NCBI GenBank assembly: GCA_963827235.1
Contig: CAWHAE010000016.1
Span: 800,001-864,000, forward strand
DNA length: 64,000 nt
Origin: an uncultured bacterium
GTDB taxonomy: Bacteria; Chloroflexota; UBA5177; JANWHV01
Reading direction: 5' to 3'
Position 1 is the first letter of the stretch. Each line of letters opens with the position of its first letter. This document shows, one piece after another, positions 1-9,457 of the stretch. The position numbers and the translations under genes were made by a program. Below the pieces are notes generated by a model. It saw only the letters and a list, made by a program, of their open reading frames with translations, did not search any database and was not told the DNA's origin.

Positions 1-2
1 AC

Positions 3-1082
3 CAGACATATCAGACCGGCGTTAATCTGGCGGCGAATGCCACGCAGAGCTTTAGCGCCGCCTGGCCCGTGCCCGCTTCGACGGCACCGGGCACCTATAC
101 GCTCGATGTCGGCGTCTTCAATCAATGGTGGTCCTATCGCTTCGCCTGGACCGGCGCTTCATTCCACGTGGCGGCGCCGATACCTACCGCGACCAGCACG
201 CCTGGACCGCCGTCGGCACCGCTTGCACTGGGTGCCTGGATTCCCGGCGACGAGAGCGATCCGTCGGTCGTCGATAGCTTCGCCTCCATGGTCGGCGTAA
301 CGCCCAAGGTCGTCTCGTGGTACCAGGACTGGGAAGATAACCCAGGTTTCCAGGTGAACGCAATGAACGCCTACCTTTCCCGTGGCGAGATGCCCATCAT
401 ATCCTGGCTGCCAGACGGCAGCAGCGCCACCCCGACCTTTGACCGGGCCGTCGCCAACGGGAGCTACGACAGCTTCATCAACCAGTGGGCCATGGCCGCT
501 GCCGCGTGGGGACATCCGTTCTACCTTCGTTTTGCCTGGGAGATGAACGGCTACTGGCAGCCATTCTCGCCCGGTGTGAGCGGGAACACCACTGCAGACT
601 ACGTTGCCATGTGGCAGCACGTGCACGACCTGTTCGTGCAGGACGGCGCCACGAACGCGCGCTGGGTCTGGAGCCCCAACGTGGAATACTACGGCAGCAC
701 GCCGTTCGCTAGTGTCTACCCAGGCGATGCCTATGTCGACTATATCGGCATGAGTGGCTTCAACGACGGGCATACAGACCAGTACCATTGGTGGACCTCG
801 CTGCACGACGTCTTCGCGCAGTCCTATACCGACCTGACCACCATGTCCGCCAAGCCGATGATCATCACGGAGACGGCCTCCACGGAGACAGGCGGAGACA
901 AGGCAGCCTGGATCACGCAGGGCTTTCTGACGGACATACCTGTCTCGTTCCCGCGTGTCAGGGCCGTCGTCTGGTTCGACGAGAACAAAGAGCAGGACTG
1001 GCGAGTCAACTCGTCGGCCGCGTCCCTTGCTGCTTACCAGCAGGTCGCAGCGTCGCCGCTCTACCAGGGGCAGCTCTCGTAG
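3..1082 (+). CDS. Glycoside hydrolase family 26 (beta-mannanase-like) with N-terminal Ig-like segment; 5'-truncated by window edge
   Basis: Frame open from base 3 (QTYQTGVNLAANATQSF...); Pro/Thr linker; GH26 motifs YLRFAWEMNG (acid/base), WVWSPN, YPGDAYVDYIG, IITETAS (nucleophile), VVWFD. Confidence 0.88.
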   Translation, partial: QTYQTGVNLAANATQSFSAAWPVPASTAPGTYTLDVGVFNQWWSYRFAWTGASFHVAAPIPTATSTPGPPSAPLALGAWIPGDESDPSVVDSFASMVGVTPKVVSWYQDWEDNPGFQVNAMNAYLSRGEMPIISWLPDGSSATPTFDRAVANGSYDSFINQWAMAAAAWGHPFYLRFAWEMNGYWQPFSPGVSGNTTADYVAMWQHVHDLFVQDGATNARWVWSPNVEYYGSTPFASVYPGDAYVDYIGMSGFNDGHTDQYHWWTSLHDVFAQSYTDLTTMSAKPMIITETASTETGGDKAAWITQGFLTDIPVSFPRVRAVVWFDENKEQDWRVNSSAASLAAYQQVAASPLYQGQLS

Positions 1083-1162
1083 CAGGACATAGCGGCACGG
1101 CGCAGACCACGGAGGCCCGCAGAGCCCTGCCTGGCCGTGTTGCCCTCTGGCAGAGAGTAAGC

Positions 1163-1211
1163 GTGGATTGCATCCGGCCCGCGTACTCTCTCGCGGCCGG
1201 ATGCAATCCAC
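1163..1211. terminator. Strong hairpin between convergent GH26 and GT2 genes
   Basis: GTGGATTGCATCCGGC...GCCGGATGCAATCCAC, perfect 16-bp inverted arms plus inner CGCG pairing; no clear U-tract. Confidence 0.6.
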
Positions 1212-1279
1212 CCCTCATGCATGCGGGAAGCGAAACACCGGTGAGACGGCGATCAGTTGGCGACGTGGGGCTGATTCGC

Positions 1280-2266
1280 TCAGTGGGAGTGGCTGAGCCA
1301 TCGCCAGGTATAGCCGTAGAGCGTGGCATACGTGGACAGCGCCTTGAGCGGCCGAAACCCCAGCCGCCACTGGCGCTTGGGATCGAAATATAGGCTGATG
1401 AACAGGCTGGGCACGAACAGCGCGGGCGAAAGCGCCACCAGCAGCTTGCCATACCACCGGTCCAGCGGCACCACCTGCATCCGCCGCTCCGGTGCCAGCA
1501 ACGCCTCCTGCGCGTGCCCCATGCCGTAGCTGAACCCCTTTCGCACCAGGGCACGCACGTGGCTGGGCGGGCCATGGTATACCCAGCAGTGGCCGGGAAT
1601 CACGAAGCGATAGCCCGCCCGGCGGATGCGGAAGAAGAACTCCGTGTCCTCGCCTGCCTGGAGTTCCTCGTTGAAGCCGCCCACCTCCTCGAAGACCGAT
1701 CGCCGCACCAGGCAGCAGGTGGTGGTGATGCCCGTGAAGCCGTAGTGATCCAGGGTCGGATTGCTCTCCGTGTCCCGTTCCATCACCGGATAGACCCACC
1801 GCGGCACCTCCTCAGCGACCCGCTGCTGAAACCGGCTCGCGTCGGGCGGCAGCAACTTCGAGGTGCCCGTCACGCCGATCGATGGATCGGCCCGCATGCT
1901 CTCGACCAGCCGCTCGAGGTCGCGGTCGCCGCCGAAGTACGCGTCGTCGTCGACGAAGAGGATGAACTCGCCGCGCGTCTGGGCCACGCCGAGGTTGCGT
2001 GCCCGACCAGCCGGATTGACGCCCCGTACTACGACGACCTCAAAGTCGGCAAATGTCTGCCCGTCCAGGCTCTGCAGCACTCGCTCTACGTCCCCACTCC
2101 ACGACGCGATCACCACGGCCACGGTGCGCGCCGGCACCCTGACGGTACCCGTGTCGGGCTGCTCCCGGGCCGCCGTGCCTTCGATAGCCCGCACGTCGTA
2201 GGTCCGCGCCGGCGATCTGGACCTGATGCTCGTATGTGCTTGATCCACCCTCATGCTCCCCACCAT
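1280..2266 (-). CDS. Glycosyltransferase family 2, copy A
   Basis: ARNLGVAQTRGEFILFVDDD (DXD), GGFNEELQAGEDTEFFFR, hydrophobic C-terminus; start chosen at ATG 2266 with GGAG upstream (ORF-track N-terminal extension overlaps copy B). Confidence 0.85.
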   Translation of the reverse strand: MVGSMRVDQAHTSIRSRSPARTYDVRAIEGTAAREQPDTGTVRVPARTVAVVIASWSGDVERVLQSLDGQTFADFEVVVVRGVNPAGRARNLGVAQTRGEFILFVDDDAYFGGDRDLERLVESMRADPSIGVTGTSKLLPPDASRFQQRVAEEVPRWVYPVMERDTESNPTLDHYGFTGITTTCCLVRRSVFEEVGGFNEELQAGEDTEFFFRIRRAGYRFVIPGHCWVYHGPPSHVRALVRKGFSYGMGHAQEALLAPERRMQVVPLDRWYGKLLVALSPALFVPSLFISLYFDPKRQWRLGFRPLKALSTYATLYGYTWRWLSHSH

Positions 2267-3151
2267 GCTCGTCTTTTCTCCAGCTTGATGCAACGCCCGG
2301 CGCCCCGGCGTGGCCGTCAACCGGATGGCGTGGCAAACGCTGCCCGATTTCCCATGTGGCGGCGCGTCGGTCGCGCTACTACACCCCTTCTCTACGTGGC
2401 CGGCATAGCGTTCAGTGAGGGTGACTGAACCACCTCCAGGTATAGCCGTAGAGCGTGGCATACGTGGACAGCGCCTTGAGCGGCCGAAACCCCAGCCGCC
2501 ACTGGCGCTTGGGATCGAAATATAGGCTGATGAACAGGCTGGGCACGAACAGCGCGGGCGAAAGCGCCACCAGCAGCTTGCCATACCACCGGTCCAGCGG
2601 CACCACCTGCATCCGCCGCTCCGGTGCCAGCAACGCCTCCTGCGCGTGCCCCATGCCGTAGCTGAACCCCTTTCGCACCAGGGCACGCACGTGGCTGGGC
2701 GGGCCATGGTATACCCAGCAGTGGCCGGGAATCACGAAGCGATAGCCCGCCCGGCGGATGCGGAAGAAGAACTCCGTGTCCTGGCCGGTCTGCAGGTTCT
2801 CGTTGAAGCCGCCCACCTCCTCGAAGACCGATCGCCGCACCAGGCAGCAGGTGGTGGTGATGCCCGTGAAGCCGTAGTGATCCAGGGTCGGATTGCTCTC
2901 CGTGTCCCGTTCCATCACCGGATAGACCCACCGCGGCACCTCCTCAGCGACCCGCTGCTGAAACCGGCTCGCGTCGGGCGGCAGCAACTTCGAGGTGCCC
3001 GTCACGCCGATCGATGGATCGGCCCGCATGCTCTCGACCAGCCGCTCGAGGTCGCGGTCGCCGCCGAAGTACGCGTCGTCGTCGACGAAGAGGATGAACT
3101 CGCCGCGCGTCTGGGCCACGCCGAGGTTGCGTGCCCGACCAGCCGGATTGA
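1304..3151. repeat. 716-bp direct repeat (1304-2019 and 2436-3151, offset 1132)
   Basis: By-eye comparison: identical except 6 substitutions at 1651-1666 versus 2783-2798. Confidence 0.92.
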
Positions 3152-3410
3152 TGCCGCGCACCACCACCACGGCGACATCGGTGAACGACTGGCGATCCAG
3201 GCTAGCCAGCACACGCTCAACGTTGCCGTTCCAGGAAGGTACGATCACGGCTACCTCGGCCGTCCAAGGGAGCGGCTCGTCCGGCGGTGGGTGACCGTCC
3301 GTGCCGCCGATCACGATGCTCCGACGGACCGGCCGGTTGCTTGACTCCTTGTGCGCGCCGGACGACTGTGGCACCGGTACTCTGTCGCTGACTGTTTTGC
3401 TAGCTTGCAT
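2412..3410 (-). CDS. Glycosyltransferase family 2, copy B
   Basis: Same GT2 motifs, with GGFNENLQTGQDTEF; ATG 3410 overlaps the stop of the upstream GT4. Confidence 0.85.
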   Translation of the reverse strand: MQASKTVSDRVPVPQSSGAHKESSNRPVRRSIVIGGTDGHPPPDEPLPWTAEVAVIVPSWNGNVERVLASLDRQSFTDVAVVVVRGINPAGRARNLGVAQTRGEFILFVDDDAYFGGDRDLERLVESMRADPSIGVTGTSKLLPPDASRFQQRVAEEVPRWVYPVMERDTESNPTLDHYGFTGITTTCCLVRRSVFEEVGGFNENLQTGQDTEFFFRIRRAGYRFVIPGHCWVYHGPPSHVRALVRKGFSYGMGHAQEALLAPERRMQVVPLDRWYGKLLVALSPALFVPSLFISLYFDPKRQWRLGFRPLKALSTYATLYGYTWRWFSHPH

Positions 3411-4563
3411 GATGCCCTGCTCCCGCGAAGACTGCACTTTTCTTCCTTGCACGAACGTAGGCCTCCAGAGTCTGGCCCGCCGTGCGATCCCACGAGAACG
3501 ATCGCGCGCGTGCCGACCCCCGGGCCACCAGGTCTGCACGCAGACTCGTATCGCCGACCACGCAGAGCAGGCCGTCGGCGAGATCTTGCTCGTCGGTCGG
3601 ATCGATGAGCACCGCGGCGTCGCCGCCAACTTCGGCCATCGACGTGGATTGGCTCGTAACCACCGGCACCTCACAAGCCATCGCCTCGAGCACCGGTAGA
3701 CCGAAGCCTTCGATAATCGATGGGCTAGCGAGCACATCGGCCGCCGAGTAGACTGCCGGCAGATCCTCTTCCGGTACCTTCGGCAGCTCTAGAACCCGCT
3801 CACGCAAGCCGAGCTCGTCGAGGAGCGCCGGTACCGGATCGTCGAACCGCCGGTCCGGCTCACCGACGAGAACCAGATTGTGCGGAATCTGGTGCCGGAT
3901 GCGACCGAAGGCTCGCACAATTCCGGCGACGTTCTTATGTGGACGGCGCGCTCCAACTGCCAGCACGTATTTCACGGGCAGTGCGTAGCGCTCCCTTGCC
4001 TTCTCCTTCTGTGTCGCCGTGGCAGGACGATAGATTGACCCCGCAGCCAGCGGAGTGACGTCGATGGTAGCAATCGGCATCCTGTAGTACCGGCTCAAGT
4101 CGCGGCGAGTGGCCTCGGAGACTACGAGCACGGCCGCGGCCCGACGCAGCGCTGCCCACGTCCAGCCCCGATAGCACGCACGGGCCCACCGCCTGGGCAT
4201 GTAGTCGGGATAGCGCTCGAAGATGAGATCGTGAATGGTGACCACAAGCGGACAGGGGCAAGCGACGGGCGCCGCGAAGTACGGAACATGGAGCACGTCG
4301 AGATGGCGGCGAGTCGCGATGAGAGGCAGCAGCATCTGGCTGCGGGGCGAGTAAAGCGGTACCCCGCATTCTACTGCTTCCACGTTTGGTGCCGCCAAGA
4401 GGGTCCGCAAATCGAAGCGTGTGTTTGGGACTCCGGGACTCCAGAGCACCACGAACGTATGCTCGCGCCCCAGGTCAATCCCATGCCGCAGCAGCTCAAA
4501 TGCATAACGCCCGATTCCGTGGTACCGATCCTGGATGAACCGCGCGTCGAAGCCGATTCTCAT
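3400..4563 (-). CDS. Glycosyltransferase family 4 (GT-B, WbpY/MtfB-like)
   Basis: MRIGFDARF, VTIHDLIF, PHKN, PSIIEGFGLPVLEAMAC (EX7E), FSWDRTA. Confidence 0.92.
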   Translation of the reverse strand: MRIGFDARFIQDRYHGIGRYAFELLRHGIDLGREHTFVVLWSPGVPNTRFDLRTLLAAPNVEAVECGVPLYSPRSQMLLPLIATRRHLDVLHVPYFAAPVACPCPLVVTIHDLIFERYPDYMPRRWARACYRGWTWAALRRAAAVLVVSEATRRDLSRYYRMPIATIDVTPLAAGSIYRPATATQKEKARERYALPVKYVLAVGARRPHKNVAGIVRAFGRIRHQIPHNLVLVGEPDRRFDDPVPALLDELGLRERVLELPKVPEEDLPAVYSAADVLASPSIIEGFGLPVLEAMACEVPVVTSQSTSMAEVGGDAAVLIDPTDEQDLADGLLCVVGDTSLRADLVARGSARARSFSWDRTAGQTLEAYVRARKKSAVFAGAGHHAS

Positions 4564-4675
4564 CGCCGTTGTCTGCCACCAGCTGACGGGATTTCTGCGT
4601 TGCCCGGGATAGCGGGATACGTATGGTCTTTGGCCAACATGGTCATGCCCTTCCGTACAGATCGGCACCACCCAC

Positions 4676-6313
4676 CTACCTGCGGTGCCCTGGAGCAGAG
4701 TCCGAGAGTGCGACGGCGGATCTCGGCGCCTGGTATGTCTGCGGCAAGCGGTAGAGGGCAAGCACGCCATATGTGGGATCTTTGAACGCGAACAGGCGCC
4801 TGCCGTGCGTCTGAAGCCATCGGTAGAGGGCCGGCGTGCCGGCGTCGTAGCCGTTGAAGGTAAGGGCCGAGCTCACGATCGCGTATTGCTCGTGGTACTG
4901 CTCGAGCTGCTGAACCGAGCCCCAGTAGTCATCCTGATAATCCAGGCCATACAGCAGCCGATTCGCCGGAAGATTCGTCGCCGCGATGCGACTGCCGGCC
5001 GGTACGTGAGCCTGCATGTAGACGAACAGCCGCTGGAAGCCATTGTCCGGCGTAGTATGGCGGTCCACCCAGTTGTAGCCCGCCCAGACCACGAAGCCGA
5101 GCATACACAGCGACGTGGCCACTGGTGCCCAGCGGAGCGCCATCGACGGCAGGCAGCCCGAGCGAAGCAAGAGCGTCGCCGCTGTCACGTCTGCCAGCAG
5201 CGTCGGTGCCACGAGGTAGTAGTAGTATTGCGCCTCATTCGTGCCGAACTTGATGCTGTAAGTCTGCAGCACGTAGGCACACACGGTCCAGACCGCCAGC
5301 AGGCGCACCGCACCGTCGTGCCGAAGCAGCAGGTAGACGACGGCAACAGCGCCGAGGGCGATCAACGCGTATGTAGTGGCGTATTGGGCCAAGTCAGCCA
5401 GCAGGGCATGCACGAAGGACGGCGTCGCAGCGGCGGCCGGAGTCGCTGGGCTTACGGCGTGGCCCGACACCGGGCCAGGATTCGCCCGTCCGGTGGGCGA
5501 CGGGCTACCGAATCCCGAGACGTGCAGCACGCCAAACAGGCGTCCAATGCCGTCGAACTTGGCTTGCGAGAAATTGCTCCACCCGCCTGCCGCGACGACG
5601 CAGGCGACGAGCGCGGCGTACATGGCGAAGGGAATAGCGCCGATCAGCAGGGCCACGCGGCGCGGTATCGACCAATTTAGCGCGAAGCATGCCGCGAGCG
5701 GCAGCAGTGTGTGGAACGCTGTTTCCTCCTCGGTCAGCAGCGCGGCGCCAAATGCGAGACCTGCTACGCAAGCCCGCCGGACCCCTGGCTTGCCGCCTGC
5801 GGCCGTGAGCAATGCGGCGTAGCCGGCCAGCACCCAGAACAGTGCCGAGGGTTGCAGCAAGTTGCGGCTGCTCATCGCAATCATGAACGGGTCCAGGGAG
5901 AAAATCAGTGCTGCTGCGAGGCCTGCCCACCAGCCCGCGACGCGGTGCGCAATCGCGAACAGCAGGGCCGCGGACATCCCGGCAAACGCTACGTTCAGCC
6001 ACCTCGAATCGAGCACGAGCTGAACCGTAGTGGCGTTCTGGAAGAACAGCCGCAGATAGCCGCCTTCGATGAGAAAGAGCATTGGAGGATGGACGAAGGC
6101 CGGGTCGCCCTGGAAGTTAAGCGTGAGAGAATGCGCCACGCTCGCCGAGAGCTGGCTGTAGATGATCTCGTCACTGTACACGTCGAACGCGTGGGCAAGA
6201 TTGACGGCGCGCAATAGCGCCGCAAGTGCGCCGGTGATCAGCGCGGCCATCCATACGGCCCGGGTGATATTCCGGTCCGCCCGCACGGCAGCAGACAGAC
6301 TTTGGCTTGTCAT
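4676..6313 (-). CDS. ArnT/PMT-like (GT-C) lipid-carrier-dependent glycosyltransferase
   Basis: YSDE motif after first TM, HPP motif, many TM segments, extracytoplasmic C-terminal domain; start uncertain (6313, 6382 or 6433). Confidence 0.75.
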   Translation of the reverse strand: MTSQSLSAAVRADRNITRAVWMAALITGALAALLRAVNLAHAFDVYSDEIIYSQLSASVAHSLTLNFQGDPAFVHPPMLFLIEGGYLRLFFQNATTVQLVLDSRWLNVAFAGMSAALLFAIAHRVAGWWAGLAAALIFSLDPFMIAMSSRNLLQPSALFWVLAGYAALLTAAGGKPGVRRACVAGLAFGAALLTEEETAFHTLLPLAACFALNWSIPRRVALLIGAIPFAMYAALVACVVAAGGWSNFSQAKFDGIGRLFGVLHVSGFGSPSPTGRANPGPVSGHAVSPATPAAAATPSFVHALLADLAQYATTYALIALGAVAVVYLLLRHDGAVRLLAVWTVCAYVLQTYSIKFGTNEAQYYYYLVAPTLLADVTAATLLLRSGCLPSMALRWAPVATSLCMLGFVVWAGYNWVDRHTTPDNGFQRLFVYMQAHVPAGSRIAATNLPANRLLYGLDYQDDYWGSVQQLEQYHEQYAIVSSALTFNGYDAGTPALYRWLQTHGRRLFAFKDPTYGVLALYRLPQTYQAPRSAVALSDSAPGHRR

Positions 6314-6709
6314 GCCTGCCCACGGCAATCGAGCGCGCAAAGATTGGATCGGCGGTACGAACACTCTTCCGGTGAGATCCATAGGATGGGGATTTCCTTG
6401 CCTTGGATTGTTCTGGAGGGACCGATGCGGCACAGCAGTCCGATGGAACGGATCACCCTATGAAGGAAGGGAGTGCCGGAAATGCAGCACAGGCCTCCAG
6501 ACGGCCCGCCTCATCGTGACGACGGCCTGGAGAGTGCACATCGTGCGGCAGGGCAGGTCGACCGAGGACCGCCCACCCTGTCTCCCGCCCTGTCGTCGAG
6601 CGGCCTAGCTGATCCCCACAGTGTTAGCGACCGGCGCCGCCTCGCGACCCAAGGCAACTCATGCCGTGCGTCAAGCCTCAGGCATCGTCGCCCGATTAGC
6701 ACGATGAAC

Positions 6710-6754
6710 ATTATAGCATAAGCATTGCGTGTGTTTGTCAATCTCGGTTGTCAA
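6710..6754 (-). promoter_or_regulatory. Extended -10 promoter (TGcTATAAT) for leftward GT operon, with two TTGACAA direct repeats upstream
   Basis: Minus strand TGCTATAAT at 6718-6710; TTGTCAA on plus at 6735-6741 and 6748-6754. Confidence 0.55.
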
Positions 6755-7894
6755 CACAGCAATGTACGATTGACGTTTCCTTTTCGACTCCGCTGAGTGC
6801 GCGACAGCCATCTATCCACAATTCATTCGATTGCCATACTGGTCACGGCTATTTCGGAATGTCAACGATATGCTCGTCCTCTGGGAGCGATCAGCCCACG
6901 CCAGAGAGCAGATCTATTCATAACCTCCGTGGCCTTGATTCAGGCCATATAGACGTACATCGCACCGAATTGCGGCATATCCGGCTAAACTCTGTTGGTC
7001 ATTGCCACCAAACTGCTTGCATTCTAGCGACTTGGTCCCTTACGATACGTATTGCAAGGACGCGGACTATGGCTGAGCCGATAGAATTGGTGGCACGTAC
7101 CGCAGATGCTGTGGTATTGGATCAGTTTGATCCGGCTTAGGCGGACATTTGGTCCCAGCGTTTAGCAGAAGAATCTACTTGAGATCGCAGCTCGTTCTCA
7201 ACAGCGAGCATGGTGCTCTACAACAGTCATCGCCGAAAGTCTCTCGCTTCGCGAATGGCGATTGTAGTCTGACGTCGTGATCCAGCGCTGGATCGCGGCA
7301 GTTGTACCATTGGGTTGTACGCCGGTCGTACCGCCCGAAGGTGAATCGTGCGTGGTTGCCGCGGGAGCCGAGCAGTCGGCACCGGCAGGAGCCGCGAGTT
7401 TCAGATTGAGCACAGCGCGGAAAGCTCACTAACCGGCCGTCGGCCGGTGTGGACAGGATCCATGCTCTCGAGCACCAGCTCGAATGGCTCCTGAACGCAG
7501 CTCTCTGCAGCAGATGTTGAACCTAGCGGAAGGGCCTAGTCTGCCTGACGAAGATGCCGACAGTGCCAAACGCGGAGCGTGCCGGTGCGGTTGGGCGGGC
7601 CCGAGTCGGGTCCGCATCAATGGTGATGCACGGGCAGATCACCTTCACGCAGTGGCAGTCAACAGACCGGAAAGGTAGGGACTACTCTATGCGCACCTGT
7701 ACGCGGTGAGCCCTTCTGATCGGTAGCCAGCGATAACGCCGTCCCTCACGGCGCCGAACACCCTGTTCGTTTACAGTCGCCATCCAGGCATCGACTGCGT
7801 GGAATAGCTCGTCGCGTTCCCGTGCAGTTGCCATTACGCGGAGCGGAGCAGCTTTGCTGCGTCCATTCAGCCCGCAACCTTGTTCCAGTGAGGA

Positions 7895-9457
7895 ATGGAC
7901 ATGCTCAAAATTCTGATGGTCATTTCCGAAGCGCCGCCCGTCGCAAGCGGAGTGGCGCGTGTTGCAGGTCATCTGCAAGATGGTATGGAAGCGCTGGGCC
8001 ATCGCATCGACGTGATCTCGCTGCGCGATGTGCCACGTTTCGTGAAAGGTGAGGTGCGGATTTCCAGCATGTTGTGGATGGCGCCTCGCCTCTTGCTGCG
8101 CCGCCTGAGCGAATACGATATCGTGCATATCCACGGCCCTGTGCCCACCTTCAGCGATATCGCGCTCCTGCTCAGCGCGGTTCGCGCCGGGCGTAACGGC
8201 CCGCGGGTCGTCTACACACACCATTGCGAGGTCGACTTGCAACAGCGAGGTTACAGAGCGCTCTGCACGACTTACAACTGGATGCACAAGCACATGGCGA
8301 AGCTGGCCGATCAAGTCATCGTCTCCACGCCAGCCTACGCCGCCGAGCTCGGCCGCTTCGTCGCCGACAAGCACATCGCCACCGTGCCCTGGGGCGTGGA
8401 GAGCGAATGGTACGAGGACGACACGCCCAAGGCCGATCGATTCACGGTCCTGTTCGTCGGGCAGCTCCGTCCCTATAAGGGAGTGGACACGCTCCTACAC
8501 GCCGCCGCCGTGCTGCCGGACGTCGACTTCCAGGTCATTGGATCCGGATTCCTCGAAGCAGATGTTCGGCGCATGGCCGAGGCTGGAGGGCTGACCAACC
8601 TGGCGTTGCGGGGAAGGGTGAGCGACGAGGAGCTGCGGGCAGCCTATGCGGCGTCGCATGTTCTGGTCCTACCGTCCACCTCGCGCCAGGAAGCATTTGG
8701 CCTGGTGCTGCTCGAGGGCATGGTTGCCGGTTGCATCCCGGTCGCATCGGCTTTGCCGGGCGTCGCCGATATCGTGGGAAACGCGGGCCTGTGCTTCCCG
8801 GTCGGTGACTTCGAGGCACTCGCGTCTATCCTGGGCCGGCTACGTGACGAGCCGCTGGCCCGCGAAGCCTACCGGCATCGGGCAAAGGAGCGGGCGCGCT
8901 CCTATTCATGGAGCCGCACTATCCAGGCGCATCGCTCCATCTACAGCCAGCTTGTTGCGCTGCAGCGATTCGGCAAGGCGCTGCGGACAGAGGACGGACA
9001 CGCCCAAGCGCTGCATGTGCTTCTAGAATCCGCGATAGACAACCTGGATGCGTCGGCGGGCTCCATCATGGTGCTCGAGCGGGACAACAGAGTGATGGAG
9101 CGGGACAACCTGGTGCTGCGGCTGCTGGCGACCAGTGGCCTGCCGACAAGTCTGCCCGGTAGGATTCGGCAGCCTCTGGGCCAGGGTATCGCCGGCTTCG
9201 TTGCCTCTCGCAGGATGCCGCTGCTGCTGCCGGAAGCGTTCGACAGCGACCTCACCCGTGATCTGGCACGCCACGATCGCCGTTCGCACATCCACTCAGC
9301 CATCTCCGTGCCGATTCATACCGAGGACGAGGTACTCGGCGTGATCAACCTCTCCAGCCATGTCGAGCAGCGGCGCTTCCAGGAAGCCGATCTGCAGTGG
9401 CTGAGCGGCGTGGCCCGCCACGCCGCGGATAGTCTGCGGAGGGCAATCCCGGCCTAG
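7895..9457 (+). CDS. GT4 glycosyltransferase fused to C-terminal GAF domain
   Basis: LFVGQLRPYKGV, PSTSRQEAFGLVLLEGM; C-terminal ASAGSIMV...LGQGIAGFVA...SAISVPI...VLGVINLS...FQEADLQWL typical of GAF. Confidence 0.85.
   Translation: MDMLKILMVISEAPPVASGVARVAGHLQDGMEALGHRIDVISLRDVPRFVKGEVRISSMLWMAPRLLLRRLSEYDIVHIHGPVPTFSDIALLLSAVRAGRNGPRVVYTHHCEVDLQQRGYRALCTTYNWMHKHMAKLADQVIVSTPAYAAELGRFVADKHIATVPWGVESEWYEDDTPKADRFTVLFVGQLRPYKGVDTLLHAAAVLPDVDFQVIGSGFLEADVRRMAEAGGLTNLALRGRVSDEELRAAYAASHVLVLPSTSRQEAFGLVLLEGMVAGCIPVASALPGVADIVGNAGLCFPVGDFEALASILGRLRDEPLAREAYRHRAKERARSYSWSRTIQAHRSIYSQLVALQRFGKALRTEDGHAQALHVLLESAIDNLDASAGSIMVLERDNRVMERDNLVLRLLATSGLPTSLPGRIRQPLGQGIAGFVASRRMPLLLPEAFDSDLTRDLARHDRRSHIHSAISVPIHTEDEVLGVINLSSHVEQRRFQEADLQWLSGVARHAADSLRRAIPA

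Noticed and set aside
1304-3151. GT2 repeat as a DGR template/variable pair
   Set aside because: Differences are not adenine-specific, both copies are full genes, and no reverse transcriptase is in the window
7650-7740. c-di-GMP-I riboswitch-like words (GGAAAGG...GGGAC...GGTAGCCAG)
   Set aside because: Core GGCAAAC/GACGCAAAGC elements and stems not found by eye; an Rfam scan would settle it
9076-9108. ERDN-RVM-ERDN micro-duplication in the GAF domain
   Set aside because: Short in-frame loop duplication, no functional inference possible
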